A program made the position numbers and the translations under genes. 64,000 bases of DNA from Podarcis pityusensis. Its lineage: Eukaryota. Below are positions 25,500-40,000 of the stretch, one piece after another. Under the pieces are notes generated by a model. The model saw only the letters and a list, made by a program, of their open reading frames with translations, did not search any database and had not been told where the DNA came from. Where the stretch lies: NCBI GenBank assembly GCA_964106645.2, contig OZ067039.1. The stretch is one strand, 5' to 3'. The first letter of the stretch is position 1; every line of letters begins with the position of its first letter.

Positions 25500-28400
25500 G
25501 TGAGTCTTTGGAATATAGTTATCTTTTGAGAAGGCTGCTTTGGGGAAACGCAACAGAAATTCCCTGTTTGCCTCTTATGCATGTTTGGCCTCAACTGTGC
25601 ATGTATCTGAGAGGAGATCACATGTTACCCTCTCTGCACAAAAGGTGTCCATTCTGGGTCTTCCCCTCCCATCACACAGCTCCTTTGGTGAAACGGCACC
25701 CCAGTCATTCCCGTTGTTTCGTGCTGCTTCCTTGCTTTATTGGAATGTACGAAGTGTGTGTTCATGGTGCTCCTGTGGCCTTGGAAGCAGTCCCGATCCT
25801 CTTTCTGCCGTTGTGTTTATCCGCTTTCCTTTTTTCCTGTTTCTCTTTCTCTTCAGCTGTGTGAAATTGTTCTGTGCAGGATCAACATCCCCTCCTTCCT
25901 CCGCTGCTCTGCCAAAGCTACCCAAGGGGACTCTGCTATGTTTTATGAGCATTTCCAAAGAAATTTGCTTATGAAAGCCAGAGAAAGCTGCCTAGGCCTG
26001 AGCCAGCTTTGCTTGTGTCCCAGAGGAACTCCCATCCTTCTCTCTACTCTCCCACACTTGGGCTGATCCAACTTTGCAAACAGAATTTAGTCAGTTCTGA
26101 TTTATATCTGGCATTGTACACCTTCCCACATCCTCAAACACTTTCCCAGATTGTATTTCTCTCTCCCCCACCCCAACCCCAATTTCTGCTCCTCTGCTCA
26201 TTCTGTTTTGCTTAATTCAGTCGATGCCACCCATCCCCTCACGAGCTGGTGCAATCCCTAGCCTGGATTCTCCGTAACAATACTGGATCTGTTTCCTCAG
26301 CTAGTCAATCTATAGTAGCTTGACAATCAGAATCTGTTTTAAAATGTTTCTGCCTACTACTTACAGAGCTCTGGCTATGTAATTCTGCCTTGCAACCATA
26401 GCCTCTCCAAAGGTCAGGGTGGCTGATGCGATGAGGCATTTCTGCAAAGTTTCCTTTCCCAGACTGGTGTCTCTGCACCTCACCGGGACAGTGTGGAGCT
26501 GGGGCTGGATGTGTAGTAGCACCGGTGAATATGCTGTATCGACTCCAGTGGTTCCCTCTGACCTTGCCACCACACCATCACGTAAACTGCAATCCTGGTG
26601 TCAGGAGGTTGGCTCCATGGCACTACCTGGCTGCTCCTGCCAGATGTACTTTCCTGCTGATACCCTCTTCCACTTTATCATAGCCACTGTGTTGAGAGGG
26701 GGAAGTTTGTTTCTCCTTGCAGTCAAGCCAGATCAGTGATCTTACCTGATAAACCTCAAGAAGTTCCACATGCCTTACATTAATGGATGAATTATTTGCA
26801 CTACACTCTTAACATTAAAGACTAGCAGGTCTAAAGTCTTCATAGTCCTTTCATCTGCAGAGGCATGCCATTCCTTGGCTGACCCGCTGGGCTGTCTTCC
26901 AACCTCCACTCATTTGCATAAGAGTAGCCCCTCCTCCTCCAGCTTCCAGTTTAATCCTTTTAAACATTTCTTTTCTATCACTTGCACTGTGAAAGCTCAT
27001 TTGCAGCCTGGTGTGAGCAGCATTCCATAAACTTCTGCCCTTAAGCAACATGAATAACATTGCAGAGTTATGGAAGAGCTAATGGTTGCTTGAAAAGGGC
27101 CTTTCCTCCCTCCCATTCGTGCCAAGGATTCTCTTGGCGCAAACCAAGGTTGAGAGATCTTGGAGAGCACCATTTCCCTCTTATGCTCTGGCAACATCCT
27201 TTTGCAAGTTTTGGGTGGGGGAGAGGAGAACTCTAGCAGGAAGCTTCTTTAGAAATACTAGTTCATATTTAGTTCTACATTATCTGATGTTGCCTCTGAT
27301 GGGGAAACAGTGCAATTTGGAACAGTGGAGACTCAATGGTTCAGTAGACCGTAGAATCCAAAATGTTGTCTGGTTTTTTAAAAATGTAATTATGGATCCA
27401 GGAAGCTCGGGCAAAGCAGTAGGAAACAGAAGGACAAGAAAAATCAAATGGTGAAATGAATGCTAAACTAGAAGTAGGGGTTGGAAATGAACAAATAATA
27501 TTTGGGCTGGGAAAGAAAACACAGAACAAAAAAGGGGGAACACTGAAGTTATACTTTACAGAAATGAGGATAATTTATTTTTTTAAAATCTAGCCTGTTG
27601 TTGACCTAGTGAATTCCAGGGTGCTGTACAATATTTTTTTAAATGCCTGAGTAAATCAAAATGTCTTAACCTGACAATGAAAATGTTGTAGCATCAGCAT
27701 CAGTAGAGCTTCCTTGCAGAGAGCATCAACACTGTCCCTTGAAATCTACACAATGTACTCAACCAACTAATGATTACTTGTAGAAGGGGGTCTTGTTTGA
27801 AGATCTTCATGTACAAGGATGCTAGGATGGGTAGACATGCTGCTTCAGATATTTGGGTCCCAAATTGTTTACAGCTTTGGAAGTCAGCACCAGCACCTTG
27901 AGTTGGTCATGGAAGCAAATAGGAAGCCAATGCAATGCTTTGCTTTAATCGGCTAGTAAGTTTTGGAGACAATAGCTTTGGATTGGAAGTTATACCCCCA
28001 TATGAAGGAGCATTCACACATCAGTAGAAGCCAGGGAAGAAGTACTAGTGACTTTAAATAGTTTTCTCTCCTCCCTGCCACCCTTGCACCTGTTGAATTG
28101 CACCCTTAGATCCCCCAAATTATCATGCGTTACTCTTGATTCTTCTTTCTGCACTTATATAGGCAACATATGAATTAGGCCTGAGGAAACTCACATTCTG
28201 TCTTGGGAAAGCTTAAGCTAAGGCAAAAGAAAGTTTAAAAACCACAGGACTAAGCTGGGGTACGCTAATAGCCCTGTCTTAAATTGCTGGAATGAAGGAA
28301 ACATCCATGAGGGATGAAATGGAGGATGCGAGAGAGAGAGAGAACAGTCCTCCCTCACCTTTGCTTGTAAGGGCAGACTGCCCCTTGCCCAATGACAATG

Positions 28401-29396
28401 AGTCTGTAGAGGCTGGTTGATCATCCTTCTTTGCAACACAGCTTTTGCCACTCCCAATTGCCAGCTTGGAGAGGATTCTTCAGAGGTCAACTGAGCAGCC
28501 ATTTGCCCAGCAGGAGACCAGTTACACAAAATACCTTCTTGGCCATCTGAGTGCTGTTACTGAAACATATACGCAGCCTAATCACATCTAGCTTGCAGTA
28601 CTTGAAATGGTCTTGATTAGGGGGTGGGAGAATCTGCTCCCAGGCAGTGTAAATGCTTCAGAGGAGCCATTTTCATCTGCTTCAGGAGAAAGCAAATGGG
28701 AAGGAAGGGGATTTCTGGCCTATTTCAAGAGTAGGAGACAGCTGCTAGTATATCTTGTTTCACATCAGCTGCACTTCACCACTGGAAACTCAAGCATGAG
28801 TCTTGGAATTGTCTCACAAATATTTATTCTATTTTGTGTGCATGTGCGCACACCTGCATTCATACTGTCCTTTAGTTAATATACTATTGGGATGGTTAAC
28901 AACCAGTAAAAACAATTACAGTAACAAAACAGTATATCTTAACAACCTGATTAAAACAGTGGAGACAGTAAAAAAAAATGCAAGCATTGCAGAGGACGTG
29001 GGGAAGTCGTACCACTACATCATGCGGCTGTTTTATTTGACTCCTAGGTGTGGCAGTATTAAATTTCTTGGGGTTTCTTTGGTGAGAAAAATAAGTACAC
29101 AGTTAAAAGGTATCATTTTATATTGAATTCACAAGTCACATTACAACTTTTCAGCACCCCTCATTTTGGGAATTTGAAAGTTGCAAAATTCAGCATGTCT
29201 TGCTGCCCCACAGTCGTCAGCCTTCTTGACTTTGCTCAACTTGCTAGTATTAGAATGATAATGTGATATATTCCTTACAGGGGTTGGGCTTTATGCACAT
29301 ATAGTGGATAGAAATTTATCACTTGAGAATTTATTCTCCACTGATACCTACTGTAGTCTATCCTGTCCACTTTGCAGCTTTGTACTATTGCCTCCT

Positions 29397-29402
29397 TTCT
29401 CT

Positions 29403-29454
<52 letters not shown>

Positions 29455-29533
29455 TCTGCTGCCACCTTCTTTCCCTCTTTTATTTGAATTTTTTAAAGAA
29501 CACTTTTAATATTTTGAAAACGGAGAGAGAGAG

Positions 29534-29576
<43 letters not shown>

Positions 29577-29578
29577 AA
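29397..29578. repeat. (CT)n tract (29397-29450) and (GA)n/(GAAA)n tract (29523-29578)
   Basis: Read directly. Confidence 0.9.
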
Positions 29579-32500
29579 ATACTCTACCTTTAGCTAATCC
29601 CACATTCCCTCCCTGCACTATTCAAGATCCTGGCTTTTAGCTAGATAAGATTACAAGTAAACCTGTACGTCTTTCTTCATCTCTTCCTTATATTAGCCCA
29701 TTGCCATCATGCTTTTGAAATTAAGATTCCAAAGCTGAATCCTGATGGTACTGAGTATCCTCCTTCTCATTATATTTACCAGGACGTGAGCACTCAGGGT
29801 CAGGGTCTCCCTCTTCAAATCTCTTCTTTAAACCCTCCCATTTCACTTCAGCACACAATTGAGCTTAGTTCTCTCTAAGGAGATTTGGGATGCTGTGTAC
29901 TGAAGGACACTGTTTAACAATAAACGCTATGGTTGAACAGCAGCAGAAGCGCTGGCTTAATGGGTCTTGAAGGTTGTATCTGAAATGCAGCCTGTGGGAG
30001 AGGAATCCTGTATCTATAGCAACACAAAACCTGAATGAAGGGAGGGTGTATTCTCATCTATAAGCGGGAGATTGGATCAGGATTAGAAGGCCAGGAGGTA
30101 ACTTGAATTCTGTCAATGCCATAACTATTCGATTGACAAAAAGATGCCAAAGAAAGCAGTGCCTTGGAGCATTACCAGAATAGTTCCGTACTTCCATCCA
30201 GTGGCTTACTGTAGACTTTGCTTAAAGCGCATCATTATAGCTATTGAACCATTATATAAGAAACAGTGGAGTCACCCCTAGTCTCCTTATTATGTATATG
30301 ATAGCAGCATAGAGGTGCCTCCATAGAAAAATTGGCCTAGAGGTCCTTGCTGTGTGGACAGACAGAAAGCAATTCTGAGCCATATTGTTAACAATGGAAG
30401 CAGCCAAAGAGAGGTCTTAAAGCTTTTGCAATGCAAATTGGTGTCTGCATTGGAATTAGAATCCAAATCAAGGGGGGAAGAATCCAAGAAAAGTTAGGGC
30501 ACTGAGGGCAATTCACACTGCCCGTGATTGTGTGCAGTTTTCCCAAGGCAAAATATAATCAGATTAAATGCATGTTTTAAATAACACTGATGTCTAAAAC
30601 ACACATTGCTAAAAGATTGGTGGTTGCCTAATGCTAATGTTTCTGCTAACCTGTAGAGTTTGTGGAGTATGGGAACTGACCTCAAGATCTGCAGAAATGG
30701 AAGGGACTTGAGAATGCTATTAATCACTCAAGTTCCATGAATTTCAATAATATTTGGGACTATACCCCATGTGTCTCAACTTTCAGCAGAGGATCCTACC
30801 AGTACAGCTGCACTGCCTGCAACATTCAGTTTTTGTTTGTGCGTCTGTTTAATTTACAGGGACCCAGATTTAGCTTCTACATTATCAAAATCTCTCTATG
30901 TATGCAGAATGCAATACCAATATATTTTTGTAACATTTTTTCAGCTGCTTAACATATTAATGTTCCCCATATCAAAGTCCTTTTTTTAATCTTTATTTTC
31001 TTTCCAGTTTGGGTACTGGAAATTGTAGATTTCAATGACATCAATATCTGAACTCCATTTTTACACTCAGTTACCATTCTAGAACTCTCTTTCTAATTCA
31101 AGAATCTGTTCACACCTAGAAGGGACACAAGTGTTCTTAACATTTAAAGGCAACTAGCCAGGCAGTTTTAAAGGCTTCATGTTCACACTTTTCCAAATTT
31201 TTCTCTATTCTCTTGCTTTCCCCCCCACTCCATCTGGTTTCATTGTATTGCTTCACACTTTGCAAAGTTGGTTAACTTTGCAAGGTGACATGAAACTTAG
31301 AAAACAGCTTTTTGTCCATACCCTATGTTTCTACTTTATGGTAACAAAAGCGGGACAGATTTTTATCAGGCGCGTCTTTGTGTATGCTTGCAAATGTGGC
31401 GCGTGCTGCAGCCCTTTGAGTCAAGACTATATAGTTATGGAAGTCTCGGATGGAGTTCTCCTCCACAATATGTGGGGGAAACTAGCCAGCTTAGATGACT
31501 ATTAAAAAAAGCATTTGTCTACTGACTTTTAGCTGTCTTAGACATCTTTCTCCAACCCTGGTGCCCTCCAGATGTTTTGTATTATAACAGACACCATCCC
31601 TGGGCACTGGCCATGCTGAGTAGTTGGAGTTCTCCAACATCTGCTGTGTACCAAGCTGAGGTTGACTGTTCTAGGGCTTTAAAGCTCCAAACCCAGCACA
31701 GTGCAGACTGGCAACCAGTCCAACTAGTACAAAATCAGTGTTACATGCTCCAGCTGTCCTATCCTCATCAACATGTGGGTTCTGCCCAAGTTAAAGTTTC
31801 CCAGCTGTATTCAGTTTAACCTGTATGTCACTAGTGCGTGGATCACTAGGGTAGCAGCCACAGCTAACAAGTCACTCCTAGCAGTGCCTCTAGCTGTGCT
31901 TCCACAGACAGAACCCTGTGAAGACCCCGAAGATGTGAATTTCGTCCTTCAGGGGAAGTGCAATCCTGTCCAAGGCTAGTTGTAAACCTCCCCCCAGATT
32001 TACCGGTTTCCTCACCCACAGCACCTCCATCTTGTCTAGATTAAGCTTCAAGCTTCTTCTCATTCATCCCCAAGCCACCTCTTGAGCAGCGGCTGAAGAG
32101 TTTCGCAACCTACTGGGACAAGCAGTTGGAAGTGAGAGGCAGAGCAGCGTGCCACCTGCATATTGGTGGCCCCTCACCTCAGGCCTCCAAGTGATCTCTT
32201 GCAGAAGTTTTGTGTAGTTTTTTTCTCAAAAAACAACAACATGGCAGACAGAATGGAACCTCGTAAGCCAAAGGCCGTTTGGCTGGAACAGAGGTCCCCC
32301 AGCATCATCTTCTGGGTTGATTCTTCAGGAAGTTCTCCTGTGACACTGTGCCCCCAACCCTGAAAATATCACTTAGAGGAATTCCGGTGCTTCCCCAAGC
32401 ATTCTGGTATCAATATTTCCTTGCTGTGTGAGTGTGATCCCTGCCCCCTTGTCAACCAGTGCTTCCATTGTGACTGAGACCCCTTAAACTGCAGTTTCAT

Positions 32501-32844
32501 TGCTACTGTAAACATCTGTTGAACAGTGCCCAGACATCTCCATGACAAATTGTACCTACTCTCCTGGCTCCATTTTGTGACATTCTAAAACTAGATTGAT
32601 TGATTGTTTCATTGATGTAGAGGTTAAGAATTCTGCTATTGTGGCAAATACAGAGTGGGGGGACGACGACATCAGCAAGGCCAAACTATCATTCTGCAGC
32701 AGCCCTCTACCTCACAGCAAGGCTACCGGTTACCCCCACCCCCACTCCCCTTCATTACAGGGATGGGATAAAACACTTACACTGATCTGTCCTAGTGTGG
32801 GTATAGCTTTGGAGGGAAAGTTGCTGTTTGCTAGAAATGTATTT

Positions 32845-33250
32845 ATTTATTTTTATTTTATATCCCTCCTTTATCCCAGAGCAGGACCCAGTGCAGTTCA
32901 CAGCATGTATTAAAACAATTTAATTAAATGACTATGCCTATACCTATTGAAAGCAGCCCTATTAAAAGCAACACTGAAAACTATTAAATAGCAGAACGAC
33001 AAAAGAGAAAAAGAAAATGTACACCACCACTCTCAGAAGACCCGTTTGTGGCCAAAGGCCTGTCTGGACAAAAGATATATTTGCCTGTCTGGCGAAAGGA
33101 AAGTGGAGAGACAGCTAGGCTGGGCTGGTGTCACTATCAGGGAGTAGCCACTGAGAAGGCCCCCTCTCGTGACCTCACCAAATGTGTCTGTAGAGGTGGA
33201 GGAACCCATAGAAAGGCCTTCCCAGAGGATCTCAAAGCCCCCGTAGGATC
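32845..33250 (-). mobile_element. Degraded L2-type LINE 3' fragment
   Basis: TTTATTTATATCCC tail, then CCAAAGGCCTG...GCCTGTCTGGCGAAAG...GCCACTGAGAAGGCCC...AGAAAGGCCTTCC, collinear with 22577-24055. Confidence 0.55.
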
Positions 33251-33881
33251 TTGCTTCTTCTTTTAATATGCCTAAGTTATTTTGTTTTGTTGGAGGAACT
33301 GGTGGCATGCTGAGTCAGAGGGATGAGCTTGGGCTCTCTTGTCCTTTTAGTGTTTCACAAGATATAAGAGCAAGGCACCCAAGAGATTATGACATACATT
33401 TTTTATTTATGCATTTAAAAATGCAAACTGCACCTTTTAACCTATAAACAAGCAAGGTTCTCAAGGGTGTTTACAACCATTAAAACACAATAAAGGTAAT
33501 TTTAAAACATACTAAAATATACTGCGTAGCTAAAAAAACACACACCCTAGAACTTCCATTCTTCACAGCAGGCAAGCATTTTACATCCCAAAGGCCTATG
33601 AATATAAAATAATATATATTAAATATACAAGTATAAATTAAACATCCAATAAATATTCAATTAAAAACTTTGCTTCTGTTCATTTTGGACCTGAGTCTAA
33701 GGGATCTCATTATGGCTGCATAAAAACCCGAGGCTCTAAATATGCTGAACTTGGGGGATGTATAGTTTTAGAATTAGGCAAATTTATAAGGGAGGGAGGC
33801 TGAGTTACAGGCGGTGATGGAGAAACATAAATGCTAGGCAGGGAGAGAGCAGATGTAAAATCAAAGCAGATGTCAAGCCCT

Positions 33882-33882
<1 letters not shown>

Positions 33883-33917
<35 letters not shown>

Positions 33918-34033
33918 CGTGTACATACACACACGCACGCACGCACACACTGGTATTTTACTGGGCCTTGAGTACATTTACAGGGCCCCATAAATCATAT
34001 ACACAAGGCCCTTTTATGAGCACTGCACACCTA

Positions 34034-34071
<38 letters not shown>
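33883..34071. repeat. Alternating purine-pyrimidine tract (33883-33950) and (GT)18 (34036-34071)
   Basis: Read directly. Confidence 0.9.
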
Positions 34072-34073
<2 letters not shown>

Positions 34074-36600
34074 TAGCATTAGCCAGGCACAGAGAGGGAA
34101 ATAGCACTGGATCTTACAAATCCAGAAACGTTGGTGGAGGGGAGTGCCTCTCTCTCTCCAAGCAGCACCGACATTTATCTTTCCTGCAGCAGTGTTTAAA
34201 GTGAAAAGGGAGTATCAGGAGAGTTTGATAGGATCCAATTAAATTCTAGCAGATAAAATAATGATGAATTGCAGTTGAGCCCCGGCGAGACATGATGCGC
34301 ATTACTGCCCTCCCTATAGTGCTGGGAAGGCATTGAGGTCATCAACTATAGAAAAATAGGACACAGTTGCAACTGTACTATTCGTGCAGAAAACAGCCTA
34401 GGGAAATGAAGTTGGAAGCTGATTGTGTGAGTATATACGTTCAAGGTGGATGTTCCCACTGTACCATGGTTGTTTATGAGTCTATGAGATTAGCGGACAG
34501 GCCGTATTCCTTGTTGAGAGCCTTTCTCTTTAGCCATTGCATACACTCTGGATATGGGACTGACAAAAAATAAACAAAAATATTAGATACATAAGTTTCT
34601 TACTGTGATGGAGAACATTTTTACAGTTTTGTACTTCTCTGAATGAATGAAATAAAAGTTCAGAATAGGTCCACTAAGCAAGCGTTGATAAAATTATCCA
34701 TTGAATTGCTGAGATTGCTTACCTTTTTCAAATCCCTCCTTGGTGCAGCTGAGTGCGTGTTTAACCTAAACTAGTCTTGCTAGAGTTCCCCCTATTAGAA
34801 TAAATAAGGAAAATACATTGAAGGGACTATTGTTAGTCAGGGATAGCATGCATTACTTAAGAGTGTGAGAATTGGGAATGAGTAAAAACATTTCATTTCT
34901 TTTATCTTTGGGTTGGATTGAAACTTTCTCTAGCCTGTTTCCAAAAGCATCCATCTGAGTATTTTGTTTCAAGTGTTTTTGATACTATGGTGGAACACGG
35001 TAAAGAGAAAACTCATCAGAAAACAATCTGAAAAACTCCAAATAAAGTATCCTGGGGGGATATAGGCAAATCCCTTCATTTGAGTTTAAACCTGGACTGA
35101 TTTGGAGCCTTGTGGAGACAACACTGTAAAAGTGTAGCATCTTTCAAGGAATTCGCTGTTTGAACTTGAGGTGTTTATTCCATACTGCAGACATTTGGAG
35201 GGTGGGATGCCTAGTAGATCTTGGGCATCTTAGCTTTCCCATTGAAGAAACAGGGCCTAGCCTGCCTAATAATAAAGATGCTGAAAACGTGTATGCCATG
35301 AGCATCTTATTTTTCCTCCCCCTGTTATGTTCCTCTGTAGTGGATCTTTTCACTGGATTCTGATGCTCTTCCTCCTTTCCTTCCTCTGCCTGTGTTTCCA
35401 TATCTATACTATGTCTCTGGGTGTCCTTCTGCATCCATCTGTTTGCTTGCTTATCATGCTGTGTGCCCATCTGTGTAAGTTTCTGTCCACCTGCATATGT
35501 GTGTTCCTCTGATTTTTAAAGACAGATCATTTGTTTTGAATATTTGGTGTAGACTTTGGAAACAAGGAGCATTTGTGGTAGACTTGCAACAGGTGATGGA
35601 TTTCTCAGTCAAGAACGGAGACAAAATTATGTCAAAGGATGGAAGCAGGCAGGCAGCTAGTATCCACTTTGGCCCACTCATAATTAAGGACAGCCAGGAT
35701 AGGCTAAGGAGTTGGTAGGGACATTAAATAATGTTTATGATGTGCCTGAGTCCTTGGGTTCATTGAATTTTGATGCCACATAAAGTCCTCCTTGCTGCTG
35801 AAATTGGCAGAGTGCCACCCATGTTTTGTCAGCCTCTTACTGTGTATAGCCACATGCATGACTACATGGTTTAGGCATGTTATAGCCTCTGTGTAGATTG
35901 CTGCTTGTGGAGATACTTTTATGCTCTACTGTTGAGATATGGAAGACAAAATTTGGACCTTGATGAAGGGTGGGGTGGGGAGACAGAGCTGCATAAGGCA
36001 GCTCAGTTTTTATGGACTCTCTCATCCTGTGTTGGATCCCGCCTTCTGACCAGTGTGAGCCAATGCCATGTTTCACAGGGAAGAAGAGTTTTGACCCTCC
36101 CCCCGGGATGTGAAGAATGCTAGACATTCCCAGGGCGGGAGCAGAGGAAGTTGGGCCATCTCAGGTATAAAGCGTTTCTTTCAGACATCCTAACCTTTAT
36201 CCGAGAGAGCTGAATAACTGATAAGAACCACATGCTAGCTTCACTCAGAGAAAATAGAGGGGCAGGAGACAGACTTTTCTACACAAAGGTTTCCAAACAG
36301 ACCAGGCTGTGAAGCCATTGCTGAAAGTTGGCTTGTGAACCCTGACTTGTTTGGAAGCCATTGACTATAGTTTCCTGGCTTGTATGAAACAGGAAATGAA
36401 GGTTAGCTGCAGCTTCCTGGCTTGTGTCCGCACATGGGTGAAAGGACAACCAATGCAGGGTCTATACGGGGTGCGTGCAGGTTCATGGAACTCATGCATA
36501 TCCTCACTTGCTAAACCAGGATCTGAATGTCCAAATATGGCCATTGATTAATTTTAATCTTACTGTATTGTATTAATATGTTGCCAGCTTTCTGGAGGTT

Positions 36601-36730
36601 CATAGAATCATAGAATCATAGAGTTGGAAGAGACCACAAGGGCCATCGAGTCCAACCCCCTGCCAAGCAGGAAACACCATCAGAGCACTCCTGACATATG
36701 GTTGTCAAGCCTCTGCTTAAAGACCTCCAA
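36601..36730 (-). mobile_element. Young CR1 LINE 3'-end fragment
   Basis: By eye the exact reverse complement of ~43061-43190, including the (ATTCTATG)n tail; flanked by AGGTT at 36596-36600 and 36731-36735. Confidence 0.95.
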
Positions 36731-36780
36731 AGGTTGCTTTTAAAGTTTGTAAACCACCATAAAATCTTGAATGAAGATCA

Positions 36781-37015
36781 GCGGGACCAGAGTTCAGTGG
36801 TAGAGCAGCTGTTTTGTACACAGAAGGATCCACGTTTAGTTTCTGGCATCTCCAGTTAATATAGGACCATTTAATCCATTTAGTCAGTTTGATCTACTCT
36901 TTCTAGCAGCAGCTCTCCAAAGCCTCAAGCAGGGATCTTCCACGTAATCTGCTAGTAAATCAGAGATGTCAAGGGACTGAATCTTCTCTCATTTGCATGC
37001 AAAAGATACGCTTTA
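36781..37015. mobile_element. Degraded tRNA-derived SINE remnants, apparently two heads in opposite orientation
   Basis: A-box-like GTTCAGTGGTAGAGCA followed by TGGCATCTCCAG; a complementary GAGATGTCAAGGGACTGAA...TTGCATGCAAA lies at ~36960-37010. Confidence 0.4.
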
Positions 37016-40000
37016 CGTGCCCCAAATTTGGTCCTGCCCCAAATTTGCCTGACCATTGCACACTTCTGGCCATTTCAGCAATTTAATGAAGAGAAAAACA
37101 ATGCCAAGAAAGTTATTTGAGATATCCCCCCCCCCCCCCCGTTTAATTCATTTTAGCAGATGAAAATAAGACAAGCCACTACTATATGATTACCCAGCCT
37201 TCTTCAGGCCACTTCTTGGAAACCCATTTTATATAAAATAATTGCACTGAAGGTGGCTTGTTCTGCTTTTACAGCTGATTCTTTCAGTTGAGGCAAAATG
37301 GCCTGTTGTGAGCACACAGAGCAGAAATCCACGCATATCTCAGTGTTCGTTGTGACAAAGGCCTCTCACTTTGCATACCGCTCACTTTGCGTATATTGTT
37401 ATTGTTGTTGCAACTCCCTTGTGTGTAAAATGAGGATTATAAAATAGATTTGCTTCTCACATTCTCCAATGAAGGCTGCGAGAGGGCAGGTGGGAGTGTT
37501 GATTAGTTACTGTGTAAATTTCTGTGGTGCGTAATTGCAGAGCGTTGTAATCTAAATATATGTATTACGGAAAGTAAAAACAAATCCTTTTTGAGCTTTC
37601 AAGGCATGCACAGGATCCATCTGGGTATCTGTCAACAACAAATAAATACAGCTTAAATGAAAATAATTGGAGTGCGGCCAAGTCTTGAGGTCAGGGATCT
37701 GTAGCAATCACGACTGGCAAATCAGCAAGACAAGTGCAGGAGCTTTTGTTGTAGGAGAATGGCACAGAGCGTCAAACTCAGGCTAGCGTGGTTAAATGCA
37801 CTTCTTCTTGGTGCTTTCCAAAGATGCACTCGTCTATGAATACAATACCTCTCTACCCCAACCCCGCCCCCTTAAGGCACTTGCCACCAGATGCAATTTA
37901 TGAGTGTTTGGATTATTCATATATTCCAGTTGATTCCCTTTAGATCCTGATTTTGATAATCTGCTTAGTAAATTCTTCAAGAAGAAACAGGGCAGAAGAC
38001 TGACACTTGGGTTGGACCGCCAAGCGGGGAAGCTTGGTAGTGTATATGTACCAACGGTTCAACTATTAGGTCTGAAGTAACAAGTAGTGCTATTAACTTG
38101 AGAAAAAGCAGCATTAGTCATTTTCACTCAGATGTGTAGATACTTATTCTCATTAGTTAATGGTGATTTATTGACAGCCATTTCCACTAGAAATGATGAA
38201 AGGATTTGTTTGTGGGGATGGTCGTATATGTATTGGGGTGACTGTCCCCCAAAGTCAAGAAAATTGGGTAGCCAACATGGTGCCGTCCAGTTGTTTGTGA
38301 ACTACAATTCCCATCATCCCTAACCGCTGGCCTTAATGGTTGGGGCTAATGGGAATTGTCACTGAACATTTGGAGAACACCTCAATGGCTTCTACTTCTG
38401 TTATGTCCTGCTATTCCAGAGATGTTATTTTGTCTATGTATAGTGTAGCACGGCAGAAATTTGAAAGGCCAATCCAGGTAGCACTTTGTCATAACTATTA
38501 ACTCAACTGATAAAATATCTTTAGAAATGTGTATTTATAAACATTCAGATGGAGAGAAAATAAGAGCATTGGCATCATGCTACTACTAAGACAACAAATC
38601 AGCAAGCATTATTACTATTTTTATAGCCAGCCTTACCTCATTGTATGTTTATTTGGAAATAAGCTGCTTTGATTTTGGTGAGAGTAACTTGCAAATAGAT
38701 GAATCAGACCCTTGTTATACAGTATATTGTAGAACATTTACAATCTAGGTTAAGTAAAGGAAACAAGTGACACAAACACACACATACCTTTCAGTCTCAA
38801 TACATATTAGCATGAGGATTCTTATCTGCGTCAACAATTATGGCCACAGTACTATGGGGTATATACTTTGCATATACTTTGAATAAAGGGTGAGATTTTC
38901 TGTATGTACCTTTAAGAGGGTTAAAAATATTAAATGGCATAGAAAATAAAAACAAAGTAGAAGCACGAGTAAGTGTTTGGCTTTGTCTGTGTAACTCGAG
39001 CATGTGGTGTCAGACTCCTGGCCAAAGCTCGAGCTTGTTGGCTGCTTTCTGCTCTGTCTCCTCCAAAACACCCACCTTCCCTGGCTTCCCCTCTGGCTCT
39101 TGGGATGCATGTCGGGCTCCCTTCCTATACACAGTGTTAGGAAATCCAGGAATAGTTCAGGCTGTTGTTGGCAAGACCCAAAATCTGGCTTGTTCTTCCT
39201 CCGGTTGAGTCATGGAGAGACTGGCAGCTGTGAAGGCAGACAGATTCCTAGTTCTTTCCCGCCCCCCAGATGTGCCCCTCTGTCCTTCTTTCTGTCCATG
39301 GAAGAATTGAAAGAGACAAGTTAATCTCTTTTAGCATGTTCTTTAATGTGCACAAACATGGTAGGTGTGTTTTAAGCAAGCCACTCGTCTTCTTTGCAAT
39401 GATTAGGGCTTAGTTCTCCAAAACAGCAGATGAGAGGGTAGAACCTATGGTATATCGAGACAGCAGGTAAAGGCTCATATTACTGACTCCCCTTCCACAC
39501 TGCACACAGAAAATGAGAGGTCAGGATTCCACCCTAGCTCTAGTTTTCTCTGCATAAGCTATCTTGGGATTCTTCTCCAGTACATTCTACAGGATGTAAC
39601 TGAGCTTCCTCTTTCTACCCCTGCAATGGCTTGCTTTAATGGTGTTGTTTACAAGGCAGAAGTAAAAAGCTATCAGGAAATGTTTCCAGAGTTCTAGATA
39701 AGTGGGACTCTTGAATTAGTTGTAGCAATATTGTGCTATCTCGGTTCTGATGTTCCACAGTCTTTGGCAGAACAATGAGAGTGAGATCTGGATTTTGAAG
39801 ATTGTTTTGGGTTCAACTCTCTCCCACAACCCACTCTCCTTCCTGATAATGATGGCAAGGAAAGAAAAGTGTAGTGATGCTTATTTCAGAGGGCAAATAG
39901 TGATGATGATGATGTTGATGAATTAAATTACAATAAAACAATCACAGCAATTAAACATTAACGTGAAGCAGCAGCAGAGCAGATAAAATATTAATATTGT

